A DNA stretch of 59,858 bases from Patescibacteria group bacterium (GCA_049515915.1 JBEKTP010000001.1:72855-132712), one strand, 5' to 3'. Shown: positions 1-8,515, counted from the first letter of the stretch. A program made the numbers and translations. The notes: generated by a model from the sequence alone, not told the origin.

Positions 1-312
1 CCTGACCGTTTGATCCAATCCCGTCCAACCGCGTTTTTCAACTAACACTTGCCAAAAAAATTTACTCTCATTTAAAACAGGAATAAATCCCTCTTGATCA
101 CTTACGGCAAGCTGACGAATCTGGCCGATAATCTCAGTAACCTCACTGAAGTATTCTTTATCTCCCGGTCTTTCGTCTTTTTCGATTCGTTCTTGCATCT
201 GAGCTAATGTTTGGTCTAATTCCTCTTGTGCCCTCGCTGCTTTTTCTTCATTGCTTAAATTTACTTCACTTGCTCCGAGATCTTTTGATTCTGGTTTGGG
301 AATTTCATTCAT
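1..312 (-). CDS. hypothetical protein, partial (runs off window)
   Basis: ATG at 312 after purine-rich RBS (AAAGGAAA); open to base 1: MNEIPKPESKDLGASEVNLSNEEKAARAQEELDQ...; absent from the ORF track because incomplete. Confidence 0.7.
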   Translation of the reverse strand, partial: MNEIPKPESKDLGASEVNLSNEEKAARAQEELDQTLAQMQERIEKDERPGDKEYFSEVTEIIGQIRQLAVSDQEGFIPVLNESKFFWQVLVEKRGWTGLDQTVR

Positions 313-395
313 AATATTTTCCTTTCTTTTTTATCTTAACTAATGATAATCCTTTGGTCAACCAGGCAATTTTAGGATCGACGTTATTACTCCAC

Positions 396-425
396 CAAAA
401 AGAAGCCCTTGCGAGCCTCTTTTTG
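396..425 (-). terminator. Rho-independent terminator closing the 16S transcript
   Basis: minus strand AAAAGAGGCUC-GCAA-GGGCUUCUUUUU. Confidence 0.8.
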
Positions 426-463
426 AAAATTTAATCTGGAAGAAACATTTGTTTTAAACATTC

Positions 464-490
464 CTTTCAGTATTTTTGTGGTTGCAAGAA
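464..490 (-). other. 3' arm of 16S precursor processing stem (partner 3039-3065)
   Basis: 27-nt inverted repeat with 3039-3065, 25/27 paired, flanking the 16S gene. Confidence 0.8.
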
Positions 491-647
491 ACGCTGACTA
501 TAACACAATCATATCTCCGCGATCGACACTATAATCCCTTGATTCACGCTTGCGCGCTTCACTCGGGACCTAGGTGTTTACTCCCTAGAAAGGAGGTGAT
601 CCATCGCCAGATTCCCCTAGCGATACCTTGTTACGACTTAGCCCTCC

Positions 648-1232
648 TCACCGACTTGGCCGTGTCCCGCATTCGCGGAATTCGGGCCCCGCCGACTCGG
701 CTGGCTTGACGGGCGGTTTTTTCAACCTGTTAATGTTACCATTAACAGCCGAAACACCACGGGGCAAGCGGTTTTCCCGCACCCTCGCGGTTACTGTCTT
801 TTTTCCATCTATTCTCATTCGTTGCTGGTATTTACGAAATTTTTGTATGCCTCTTGGAGTAAGATGTTCTTTCTTGGCAACGGCCTCTACCGCCTGACAA
901 AAAATTCTAAAACTTTTTGCCTTTTTGGCCTGTAAAGGATATTTTCGAAAAAAAGGTATTAGTTTTTCTTGAAAATCTTGGAGTTTCTGGATTTTGTATT
1001 TGACATGGGGATGCCAACCATATCTTTCGTAATTCAATTCGTATATATTGCCACATCCTAATGTCTCTCGAATTCTTTCCAGAATTTGTCTGTCATCAGC
1101 CCTCAACTCGATTTCAAACTCTAATTTGATTTCTCGACGATTCTTTAAAGTTTTATGCTGACCGATACTGATGGCAAAACATCCTTCTCCATCGATAAAC
1201 CCCGCAACATAATGGGGATTAAGTTTAGACAA
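648..1232 (-). CDS. intron-encoded single-motif LAGLIDADG homing endonuclease
   Basis: YVAGFIDGEGCF motif, FEIELRADD...LGCGNI pattern; ORF track start 1403 and ATG 1259 lie in ribozyme domains, so TTG 1232 after AAGGAG is the likelier start; stop TGA 650-648 is in the 16S exon. Confidence 0.9.
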   Translation of the reverse strand: MSKLNPHYVAGFIDGEGCFAISIGQHKTLKNRREIKLEFEIELRADDRQILERIRETLGCGNIYELNYERYGWHPHVKYKIQKLQDFQEKLIPFFRKYPLQAKKAKSFRIFCQAVEAVAKKEHLTPRGIQKFRKYQQRMRIDGKKTVTARVRENRLPRGVSAVNGNINRLKKPPVKPAESAGPEFRECGTRPSR

Positions 1233-1615
1233 TTTTGCTCCTTCCTCCGACTGAAACATCGGAGTACTATGAGCGCTGCAGACTTCTTGTATTACATTAA
1301 TAGGCTTGCGCTTTACTTTACCTCGAGTATAAATAACCCTCGAGGATAATACAAGATCTCCCTTGGTCATAAAAATACCATTCTTCACTATCTCGACACC
1401 CATATATTATTGAATCATTAAGTCTGCAAATCGCTTCTCCATGCACACGGAGGATCGCGCGGATTCAATAACCTTCGAGTATTCAAGCTAGCAAATGCTA
1501 CTTTCACCCTTCGCCTAGAAAGTCACCTTTCATTAGACTGTGATTTCGCTTTTTCCGGTTTGCAGGCCGGAAAGTTGGTTTCTCAACCAACTGGCATTTT
1601 TACGGCAAGGCGCCA
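718..1615 (-). mobile_element. group II (IIC-like) intron in 16S between E. coli C1397 and A1398
   Basis: exons join as GUACAC|ACCGCCCGUC; D1 closing helix CGUAAAAAUGCCA/UGGUAUUUUUAUG; EBS1 loop GUGUGCA (1448-1442) pairs with exon end UGUACAC; IIC-type D3 motif AAGUCUGCAGCGCUCAUAGUAC; D5 with CGC triad (756-791); D6 hairpin (720-754). Confidence 0.9.
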
Positions 1616-2032
1616 GTGTACAAGACTCGAGAACGTATTCACCGTGGTGTGCTGACCCACGATTACTAGCGATTCCAACTTCATGAGGGCGAGTTGCAGC
1701 CCTCAATCTGTACTGGGGTGGTTTTTGAGAGATTAGCTTAACGTTACCGTTTTGCGACTCTTTATATCCACCATTGTAGCACGTGTGTTGCCCAGGACGT
1801 AAGAGCCACGCTGATTTGACGTCATCTGCACCTTCCTCCGTATAAACTACGGCAGTCTCCTGTGAAAATTAACACAGAATACAGGTTGCGCTCGTTGGAC
1901 CACTTAAGGCCACACTCTACAGCACGAGCTGACGACAACCGTGCAGCACCTGTCTTAGGGTTCCGTTTCCGGCACGAGTCTATTTCTAGTCTCTTCCCTA
2001 GATGTCAAGTCCTGGTAAGGTTCTTCGCTTAT

Positions 2033-2067
<35 letters not shown>

Positions 2068-2070
2068 AGT

Positions 2071-2110
<40 letters not shown>

Positions 2111-2193
2111 TCCCAGGCGGCAGACTTAACGCGTTAGCTTCGCTACAAGAAGGGTCGATACTTCTGATAGCTAGTCTGCATCGTTTACGGCGT

Positions 2194-2227
<34 letters not shown>

Positions 2228-2874
2228 ACGCTTTCGCATCTGAGTGTCAGGATAACCTAGCAAGCTGCCTTCGCCATTGGTGTTCTTCCCGATATCAACG
2301 CATTTCACTGCTACACCGGGAATTCCGCTTGCCCCTGCTATCCTCAAAGATTTCCAGTATCGAACCCCGAACCGCAGTTGAGCTGCGGGCTTTGAAGTTC
2401 AACTTAGAAATCCACCTGCATGCGCTTTACGCCCAATAAATCCGGATAACGCTCGAGCCCTACGTATTACCGCTGCTGCTGGCACGTAGTTAGCAGGCTC
2501 TTATTCTTAGGGTACCGTCACAATCGTCCCCTAAAAAAGAAGTTTACACCCCGAGGGGCGTCTTCCTTCACGCGGCGTCGCTGCGTCAGACTGTCGTCCA
2601 TTGCGCAATATTCCCAACTGCTGCCACCCGTAGGTGTATGGGCCGTGTCTCAGTCCCATTGTGGCTGGTCAACCTCTCAGTCCAGCTACCCGTCGAAGCC
2701 TTGGTAGGCCATTACCCCACCAACAAGCTGATAGGAACAAGGCCGATCTTATCCCGCCGGAGCTTTACTCTTGCGAGACTATGGGACATTAACCCACCTT
2801 TCGGCGGGGTATTTCCCGGGATAAGGCACGTTCCTTGCTATTACTCACCCGTTCGCCACGCTCTTACGAGCGTA

Positions 2875-2932
<58 letters not shown>

Positions 2933-3038
2933 AAAATTGTTATGAGAATCTAGATTGCTCTAGATAAACATCTGACTTAGATTTCTTTTATTTCTAATCT
3001 TAAAGAAAGGAGTTTTTTTACTTCTATTACCATAGAAG

Positions 3039-3065
3039 TTCTTGCAACCGCAAAAAAACTGAAAG
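3039..3065 (-). other. 5' arm of 16S precursor processing stem
   Basis: CUUUCAGUUUUUUUGCGGUUGCAAGAA complementary to 464-490. Confidence 0.8.
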
Positions 3066-3259
3066 TATTTCGTTTTTTTACGATTTATTGGTTCGCACAT
3101 TCGATATTACGTTGTTAAAGTTCATGCCATCAAAGACAATCAAAAAAATTCCTGACAGTCGGAATTTTTGTGACTATCTTCGATACATTTTTAACGTTAT
3201 ATTGTTAAAAACTTTTCTCCATCAGCAAAACTCCTTGGAACTTATCACAGCTCAAGCTC

Positions 3260-3288
3260 ATCATAAAATATTTCGTGATTGATGTCAA
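3260..3288 (-). promoter_or_regulatory. sigma70-type rRNA promoter
   Basis: TTGACA-17 nt-TATGAT upstream of the 16S leader. Confidence 0.75.
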
Positions 3289-3310
3289 GAGCCTATATGT
3301 TAGTGGTTTA

Positions 3311-3327
3311 AGAATCAGGAATGAGGA
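3311..3327 (-). repeat. cassette 1 terminal helix, 3' arm
   Basis: UCCUCAUUCCUGAUUCU pairs fully (2 G-U) with 4430-4446; homologous to 22628-22646. Confidence 0.8.
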
Positions 3328-3720
3328 GGGGACGCGGGTGCGTCCCCTCGGTATGGAACGAGCAAAAGACTTGCTCGAGGATTTTATGTGCGGGCGCGTG
3401 TAGGTGCGCGCCCGCACTTTGCCTGTAACGAAATCTTCAGTTTTCACACCGGTTCGGTGTGTGTCAGCCGGAAGAGCATTCTCCTTCCACAGCAGTTTGT
3501 GCGACAACGAAAACGAATATGAGCCGAAGCTCGGGACTTGTGGTCGGATGGGCGCCGCTGCGGGTGAGACGTTGGCGCCCATCCTAGTTGTTGGCCACGC
3601 TATTTGGGGTTTACAAGGAACAGAACAACGTAGCGTGGGTCCATCTTGTACAGAGGCCCGCTTTCTCCTCTCTCTCACGGCCTATCGATAGGCCGAAGCC
3701 TAAGTTTCGTCAGAATAGCA
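3326..3720 (-). ncRNA. putative structured ncRNA downstream of tRNA-like gene 1
   Basis: series of strong hairpins: 3326-3349 (10 bp), 3360-3376, 3388-3417 (11 bp), 3445-3461, 3521-3532 and 3689-3702 (both cUUCGg on minus strand), 3546-3584 (11 bp), 3595-3638; no credible ORF. Confidence 0.65.
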
Positions 3721-3721
3721 A

Positions 3722-3808
3722 TGGCCCCGGCGGGATTCGAACCCGCGATATCCGTCCCGGGTCACTGCTGTGGCCCAGTAGCCTTAGGCCAAACTAGGCG
3801 ACGGGGCC
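3722..3808 (-). tRNA. tRNA-like gene 1 (87 nt), anticodon undeterminable, no encoded CCA
   Basis: acceptor GGCCCCG/CGGGGCC+A, D arm GCCU/AGGC, T arm GCGGG-UUCGAAU-CCCGC; anticodon arm CUGGG/CCCGG encloses 12 nt (CCACAGCAGUGA); 10-nt variable region. Confidence 0.75.
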
Positions 3809-4003
3809 CGTCATGTCATACAGTAGTGCCAGCGTGATTGAAAGATCCGGATCCACTTCCCTTACCGATTCACACCACGCCAGCCCTGGATCCATCTCAC
3901 CCGGCACCAGCAATCCAGCACGGTTAGATGGAAACATCTCTGCTTCCCTCGCCGCTTTGCCTGGCTGATAGTGCTTATGCACGACTGGCAGAAACCCCGC
4001 CAT
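3794..4003 (-). CDS. small hypothetical protein (69 aa); stop codon lies inside tRNA-like gene 1
   Basis: AAGGAGG 5 nt before ATG; last 15 nt overlap the tRNA 5' end. Confidence 0.6.
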   Translation of the reverse strand: MAGFLPVVHKHYQPGKAAREAEMFPSNRAGLLVPGEMDPGLAWCESVREVDPDLSITLALLYDMTGPVA

Positions 4004-4029
4004 CGTCGCCTCCTTTCAACCCTTTCTCT

Positions 4030-4113
4030 TTATCCCACCCAGTTGAAAGTCAGCCCCACCAGAATGATGGTAGCCATCAGAATTCCAAGCAGAACATCCT
4101 CCAGCTTCTTCAT
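4030..4113 (-). CDS. 27-aa hydrophobic peptide MKKLEDVLLGILMATIILVGLTFNWVG
   Basis: GGAGG RBS; ATGA overlap with upstream ORF; below ORF-track cutoff. Confidence 0.55.
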   Translation of the reverse strand: MKKLEDVLLGILMATIILVGLTFNWVG

Positions 4114-4205
4114 CGCCGTTTCCTCCGACTCCGGTAGATGACAATGGCTGGAGACGCCATAAAGAGGAACCATGCAACTGCCAACAGCCAGTGATACCAT
4201 TTCAT
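4110..4205 (-). CDS. 31-aa membrane peptide with basic tail MKWYHWLLAVAWFLFMASPAIVIYRSRRKRR
   Basis: AAGGAGG 5 nt before ATG; below ORF-track cutoff. Confidence 0.6.
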   Translation of the reverse strand: MKWYHWLLAVAWFLFMASPAIVIYRSRRKRR

Positions 4206-4217
4206 CGCCGCCTCCTT

Positions 4218-4436
4218 TCAGTCATCGACTCCGAAGAATGCAGCTCCAACTTCGCGGCGCCAGGCAACGGTGTGCCAATAAGCTCGATCGGCATCGGCTT
4301 CATCTTCAGAACGACTTGCCAGATCTGCTCTAATTGCATGATGTAATGCGATGTCTCTGGCCGTCACCCCGTACTCACGAAACCGGCTTTGGACATGATC
4401 CAGTTCGTTCATTATCAGATCCCCTTTCTTCCTCAT
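4218..4436 (-). CDS. small hypothetical protein (72 aa; alternative start 4412)
   Basis: ORF track; GGAGG before ATG 4436 and AAGGGG before ATG 4412. Confidence 0.6.
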   Translation of the reverse strand: MRKKGDLIMNELDHVQSRFREYGVTARDIALHHAIRADLASRSEDEADADRAYWHTVAWRREVGAAFFGVDD

Positions 4437-4446
4437 TCCTAATTCC
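4430..4446 (-). repeat. cassette 1 terminal helix, 5' arm
   Basis: GGAAUUAGGAAUGAGGA; homologous to 23152-23170. Confidence 0.8.
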
Positions 4447-4585
4447 CTCCTGCGCCCTTACTGAAAAACCTATTACAAAGTGTACTTTCAGTGCGGGCTA
4501 TGGAGAGCAAGCCAAATTTTTAAGTTGCAATATTTTCTTTTGTATTTTGTATTTTTGTATCGAATTTTTTGTAGTTTGTAGCAGT

Positions 4586-5206
4586 TTAACTTTTTATCAC
4601 TTGATCGACAATTCCATATTTCTTAGCCTCCGCGGCGGTCATATAGAAATCGCGGTCGGTGTCTTTTTCGATTTTGGCGATTGTCTGACCGGTATGTTTG
4701 GCTAAAACTTCATTAATCGCTTTTTTGATCCGTAAAATCTCGCGCGTTTGGATTTCGACGTCGGTCGCTTGGCCTTCGGCCCCGCCCATCACTTGATGAA
4801 TCATTACCCGCGCGTTCGGTAAAGCGTATCTTTTCCCCTTTGTGCCGGCCGCGAGCAATACCGCGGCGGCCGAAGCCGCTTGACCGATACAAATCGTTTC
4901 CACATCCGGTTTGATGTACTGAATCGTATCGTAGATCGCCATGCCCGCCGAAACCACCCCACCAGGTGAGTTGATATAAACGGAAATATCTTTTTTCGGG
5001 TCTTCCGATTCCAAAAACAAAAGTTGGGCCATAATCAAATTGGCGACATGGTCGTCAATCGGCCCACCCAAAAAGATAATCCGGTCAACCAAAAGCCGAC
5101 TATATATATCATAGGCGCGTTCACCAAACTGGGTTTTTTCCACCACCATCGGCACCAGATATTGATTGATAATTTCCTTTTTATTAAGAGAACTTTTTTC
5201 GTTCAT
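4586..5206 (-). CDS. clpP: ATP-dependent Clp protease proteolytic subunit
   Basis: [30 protein letters not shown] motifs. Confidence 0.98.
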   Translation of the reverse strand: MNEKSSLNKKEIINQYLVPMVVEKTQFGERAYDIYSRLLVDRIIFLGGPIDDHVANLIMAQLLFLESEDPKKDISVYINSPGGVVSAGMAIYDTIQYIKPDVETICIGQAASAAAVLLAAGTKGKRYALPNARVMIHQVMGGAEGQATDVEIQTREILRIKKAINEVLAKHTGQTIAKIEKDTDRDFYMTAAEAKKYGIVDQVIKS

Positions 5207-5222
5207 TAATACCTCGACGTAA

Positions 5223-5251
5223 ATTATACTTTACATTCGAGCGTTTGTCAA
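5223..5251 (-). promoter_or_regulatory. consensus sigma70 promoter of clpP
   Basis: TTGACA-17-TATAAT. Confidence 0.8.
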
Positions 5252-6117
5252 ATCAGAAAAGAACGATAAGTATCCTTGAGAGTCTTTTCTAAACTGATCT
5301 TTGGCTGCCAGCCGAGTTTTTTAATTTTAGTGCTATTGACGCAATTTTTAGTGATGTCTGACAGCCTTATCCGTTTTAGGTCAGGTGCGGTTTTAATTTT
5401 CTTTTTCGAGATGGCGATGATCTTTTTTAAAACTGATTTCATCGAGACCGGATGACCAGGACCGATATTATAGAACTCGCCGGTTTTTCCCTTTTGCATC
5501 ACCATTTTGTAAGCTCGCACGCAATCGCGAACATCGAACAGATCTCTTTTAGTCTCCAGGTTGCCGACCGCGATTTCGCCGTTATCTTTGGTAGCCGCAA
5601 TTTCAAAACAAAAATCCGGCACGGCAAAACCAGGTTTCTGACCCGGACCAGTGTGGTTGGTGGCCCGCGTAATCACAATTTCAAGATTATCGCCATGATA
5701 CTTTTTTGCTTCGACTTCCATCTTTAATTTGCTTTGGTCGTAAAAACTTCCAGGTGAGGTCGCGGCATTTTCTTTGGCACAAGTCGACGTATTACCATAA
5801 ACATAAGCGGTGGAGGCCAGCAACACTTTGCAGGGTTTTCCGATTTCCTTTAAGGCCCTCAAAATATTGAGAGTGCCCTCGACATTAACTTCAAAAATTA
5901 AATTCTTATCTTTGCCGGCCCCGGAAGCAAACCCAGCTAGATGATAAACTTGATCCGGTTTAATTTTTTTTAAGTAAATTTTTACTTGTGAAAATTTGGT
6001 GATGTCGGCTTGCGGACGATCGAGCCGGTAAATTTTATCTTGACTACGCCCTAAAAGTTCAACTAAATATTTACCAACAAAACCGTCAGAACCAGTGACA
6101 ACAATTTTCTTTTTCAT
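5248..6117 (-). CDS. NAD-dependent epimerase/reductase, GDP-4-keto-6-deoxymannose reductase (Rmd)-like
   Basis: TGSDGFVG, YxxSK, NHTGPGQ, RDLFDVRD; adjacent to gmd. Confidence 0.8.
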   Translation of the reverse strand: MKKKIVVTGSDGFVGKYLVELLGRSQDKIYRLDRPQADITKFSQVKIYLKKIKPDQVYHLAGFASGAGKDKNLIFEVNVEGTLNILRALKEIGKPCKVLLASTAYVYGNTSTCAKENAATSPGSFYDQSKLKMEVEAKKYHGDNLEIVITRATNHTGPGQKPGFAVPDFCFEIAATKDNGEIAVGNLETKRDLFDVRDCVRAYKMVMQKGKTGEFYNIGPGHPVSMKSVLKKIIAISKKKIKTAPDLKRIRLSDITKNCVNSTKIKKLGWQPKISLEKTLKDTYRSFLI

Positions 6118-6118
6118 C

Positions 6119-7159
6119 TCAAATCCTAAAATTTTGCAGGGTGTCTAAATCTCTTTTTACTCGAGTAGTCAGATGATTTCTCACGTCACTTTCAACCATC
6201 ATTTTAACCAGCTCTTCAAAATCTACTTTCGACTTCCAGCCCAGTTTCTTTTGGGCCTTCGTTGGATCAGCTCTTAAATCCATCACCTCGGCCGGTCTCA
6301 TAAACTTCTGGTCGATTTTAACATATTTTTGCCAGTGATCGATATCAGCCGCCTTAAAAGCAGCGATGACAAAATCTTTAATCGTATGATTGACGCCGGT
6401 CCCCACCACGTAATCATCAGGCTTGTCTTGTTGTAAGATCAACCACATCGCTTCGACATAATCGCCGGCAAAGCCCCAATCTCTCTTAGCCTCTAAAGTA
6501 CCGAGCCTTAACTCCTTAGCCAAACCTAACTTGATTTTGGCCACCCCATCGGTAATTTTTCGAGTGACAAATTCTAAGCCACGGCGTGGCGATTCGTGAT
6601 TAAATAAAATGCCGCTACAAGCAAAAAGGCCATAACTTTCTCGATAATTCACGGTGATATAGTGGCCAAAAACTTTTGAGACACCGTAAGGCGAGCGAGG
6701 ATAAAAACGGGTTTCTTCATTTTGCGGCGGTAAAGCCGCGCCAAACATCTCCGAAGAAGAAGCTTGATAAAACTTCGCTTTGGAACAAACCTGTCTCATC
6801 GCTTCTAAAACTCTTAACACCCCCAGACCGGTATATTCACCCGTGGAAAGCGGTTCGCTCCAAGAACCTTTGACAAAAGATTGGGCGGCTAAATTATAAA
6901 TTTCGTCCGGCTGAATTTCAGTCATAATACTAACCAGCGATGACTGATCCCCCAGATCGCCGTTGACAATATGAATCTGATCTAAAATATGAGCAACGCG
7001 TTCAAGATTTTGAGTGCTGGTCCGGCGAACCATTCCATAGACTTCATAGCCTTTGGAAAGTAAAAACTCGGCTAAATATGATCCATCTTGACCAGTTAGC
7101 CCCGTGATTAAAGCCCTTTTTTTCTTATTCGTCTCCCCTTTCCTTTGATTTTCGGGCAT
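6119..7159 (-). CDS. gmd: GDP-mannose 4,6-dehydratase
   Basis: [39 protein letters not shown]. Confidence 0.97.
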   Translation of the reverse strand: MPENQRKGETNKKKRALITGLTGQDGSYLAEFLLSKGYEVYGMVRRTSTQNLERVAHILDQIHIVNGDLGDQSSLVSIMTEIQPDEIYNLAAQSFVKGSWSEPLSTGEYTGLGVLRVLEAMRQVCSKAKFYQASSSEMFGAALPPQNEETRFYPRSPYGVSKVFGHYITVNYRESYGLFACSGILFNHESPRRGLEFVTRKITDGVAKIKLGLAKELRLGTLEAKRDWGFAGDYVEAMWLILQQDKPDDYVVGTGVNHTIKDFVIAAFKAADIDHWQKYVKIDQKFMRPAEVMDLRADPTKAQKKLGWKSKVDFEELVKMMVESDVRNHLTTRVKRDLDTLQNFRI

Positions 7160-7204
7160 TTTTATCCTCCTGTAAGTTAGTCCTTAGTAAATCAAAATTA
7201 TCAG

Positions 7205-7233
7205 ATGTTAAGAGAACTGGCAAGTTCTGTCAA
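7205..7233 (-). promoter_or_regulatory. gmd-rmd promoter with palindromic operator in the spacer
   Basis: TTGACA-17-TAACAT; AGAACT-N4-AGTTCT at 7213-7228. Confidence 0.6.
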
Positions 7234-7266
7234 GGACACTATCGATTTTACTCAGGGAGTACTAAT

Positions 7267-8451
7267 TTATTTTGTCGCCAAACTTATTAATTTTTCGAGA
7301 GCTTTTTTACCCGCTTCTTTATCCTTAGGATCAATCTTTTCAGATTTCACTATCTCTCCTAAAGCCAGACCAATTTTAATCGTACGTTCTGCTTGAGGTC
7401 TCAAACCTTCCTTAAATTCATCCAAACTTTTTTTCAAATTTCCAAGATATTGTTCAAACGTTAAACCAAACATCGAAACGCGCGAACGCATTTCATTGAC
7501 TTCGCGTTCAATTTCTTGCTTAATCAGACTTTCCGGCACGTCAACTTTAACCATCCGCAGCAATCCTTCCAAAACTTCATTTTCGATTTCTTTACCTTCT
7601 TTTTCTCTTTTTTGTTTGATAATATCTTCCGCGATCGATTTTTTAAGCTCCGGAACCGAGGGTTTTTGAAATTTTTTGGCAAAATCGTCGTTAATTTGAG
7701 GCAGGATGACTTTTTGTGTTTCTAAAACTTCCACTTTAAAATCTATTTTTCGCTTTTTATCTTCAGGTTTCGGCGACATTTCTAAACTAAATTCCTTTTT
7801 TTCACCCTTCTTAAGACCGATGAGTTTTTTTTCAAACTCGGGGATTAAAACTTTACTGCCTAAGATAACCGGATAATTTTTGCTTGATAAATTCTCGAGC
7901 TTGATCCCTTTTTCAAAGCCCTCAAAATTCATTTCCAGACGATCACCTTCTTCTAGCGGACCTTCAAAAGATTTAAAGTCGGACTGCTGCCGCGCAAGAT
8001 GTGAAATTACTTGCTCGATTTCTTCGTCACTGGCTTTGAAATTTTTAGTTAATTTTTTATGAGCCTTAATTTTCGTATAATCGCCCAATTCCACTTTCGG
8101 CAGCAAATCAATTTCTGCCTCGTATTCAAGTTCGGCCGTATCGGCCGTCAAATCTTTAAGCATTTTAATATTGATAACGGGCGGCGCAATCGGCAATAAG
8201 TTCTCTTTTTTTAGCGCTGAAGGATAACTTTCCTGCAAGGCCAAATCAACAATCTCCGAGTTAATTCGGTTTTCACCAATGGCCGAAAGAATCATCGAAC
8301 GCGGCGCGCTGCCGGGTCGAAAACCTTCAATTTGGACTTGGGGCGCGAGCTTTTTATAGACACGATCAAAAAAACCTCGCATTTCCGGCGAAGATAATTT
8401 TATCGTCAGCTTGGCTTTGGATTTCGGCAGTAATTCTTTTCTTATTTCCAC
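7267..8451 (-). CDS. tig: trigger factor
   Basis: GFRPGSAP ribosome-binding motif, FKBP-like middle domain; GTG 8451 is the likely start (track 8502). Confidence 0.95.
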   Translation of the reverse strand: MEIRKELLPKSKAKLTIKLSSPEMRGFFDRVYKKLAPQVQIEGFRPGSAPRSMILSAIGENRINSEIVDLALQESYPSALKKENLLPIAPPVINIKMLKDLTADTAELEYEAEIDLLPKVELGDYTKIKAHKKLTKNFKASDEEIEQVISHLARQQSDFKSFEGPLEEGDRLEMNFEGFEKGIKLENLSSKNYPVILGSKVLIPEFEKKLIGLKKGEKKEFSLEMSPKPEDKKRKIDFKVEVLETQKVILPQINDDFAKKFQKPSVPELKKSIAEDIIKQKREKEGKEIENEVLEGLLRMVKVDVPESLIKQEIEREVNEMRSRVSMFGLTFEQYLGNLKKSLDEFKEGLRPQAERTIKIGLALGEIVKSEKIDPKDKEAGKKALEKLISLATK

Positions 8452-8515
8452 AAGTTCAATGATAACAAAAAATCGCTCTTTTATCAATAGTCCATCAGAC
8501 AATAAAAATCTTAAA

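Noticed and set aside
718-1615. Group I intron (suggested by the LAGLIDADG ORF)
   Set aside because: No U at the exon end, no terminal G and no P7 motifs; EBS1-IBS1, D3, D5 and D6 fit group IIC.
3462-3480. SRP-like GTCAGCCGGAAGAGCA and RNase P-like GAGGAGAAAGCGGGC in cassette 1
   Set aside because: Only partial matches; SRP helix 8 symmetry and the RNase P P4 partner are missing.
3498-3560. tmRNA tag-like reading DNENEY...GAAA on the plus strand
   Set aside because: No stop after the AAA, no G3-U70 alanyl acceptor or tRNA-like ends on that strand, and UUCG loops indicate the minus strand.
3700-3716. Hammerhead-like CUGACGA-AAC
   Set aside because: No stem II between CUGANGA and GAAA; core cannot be completed.
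3205-3837. ORFs 3205-3678, 3404-3691, 3588-3797, 3646-3837
   Set aside because: No SD, implausible composition, and they overlap a tRNA-like gene and dense hairpins.
3311-4446. Cassettes as MITEs or IS remnants
   Set aside because: No target-site duplication or transposase trace; wobble pattern favours an RNA helix. Not fully excluded.
7213-7228. LexA Cheo box
   Set aside because: Spacing is GAAC-N6-GTTC rather than N4, and the genes are not repair genes.
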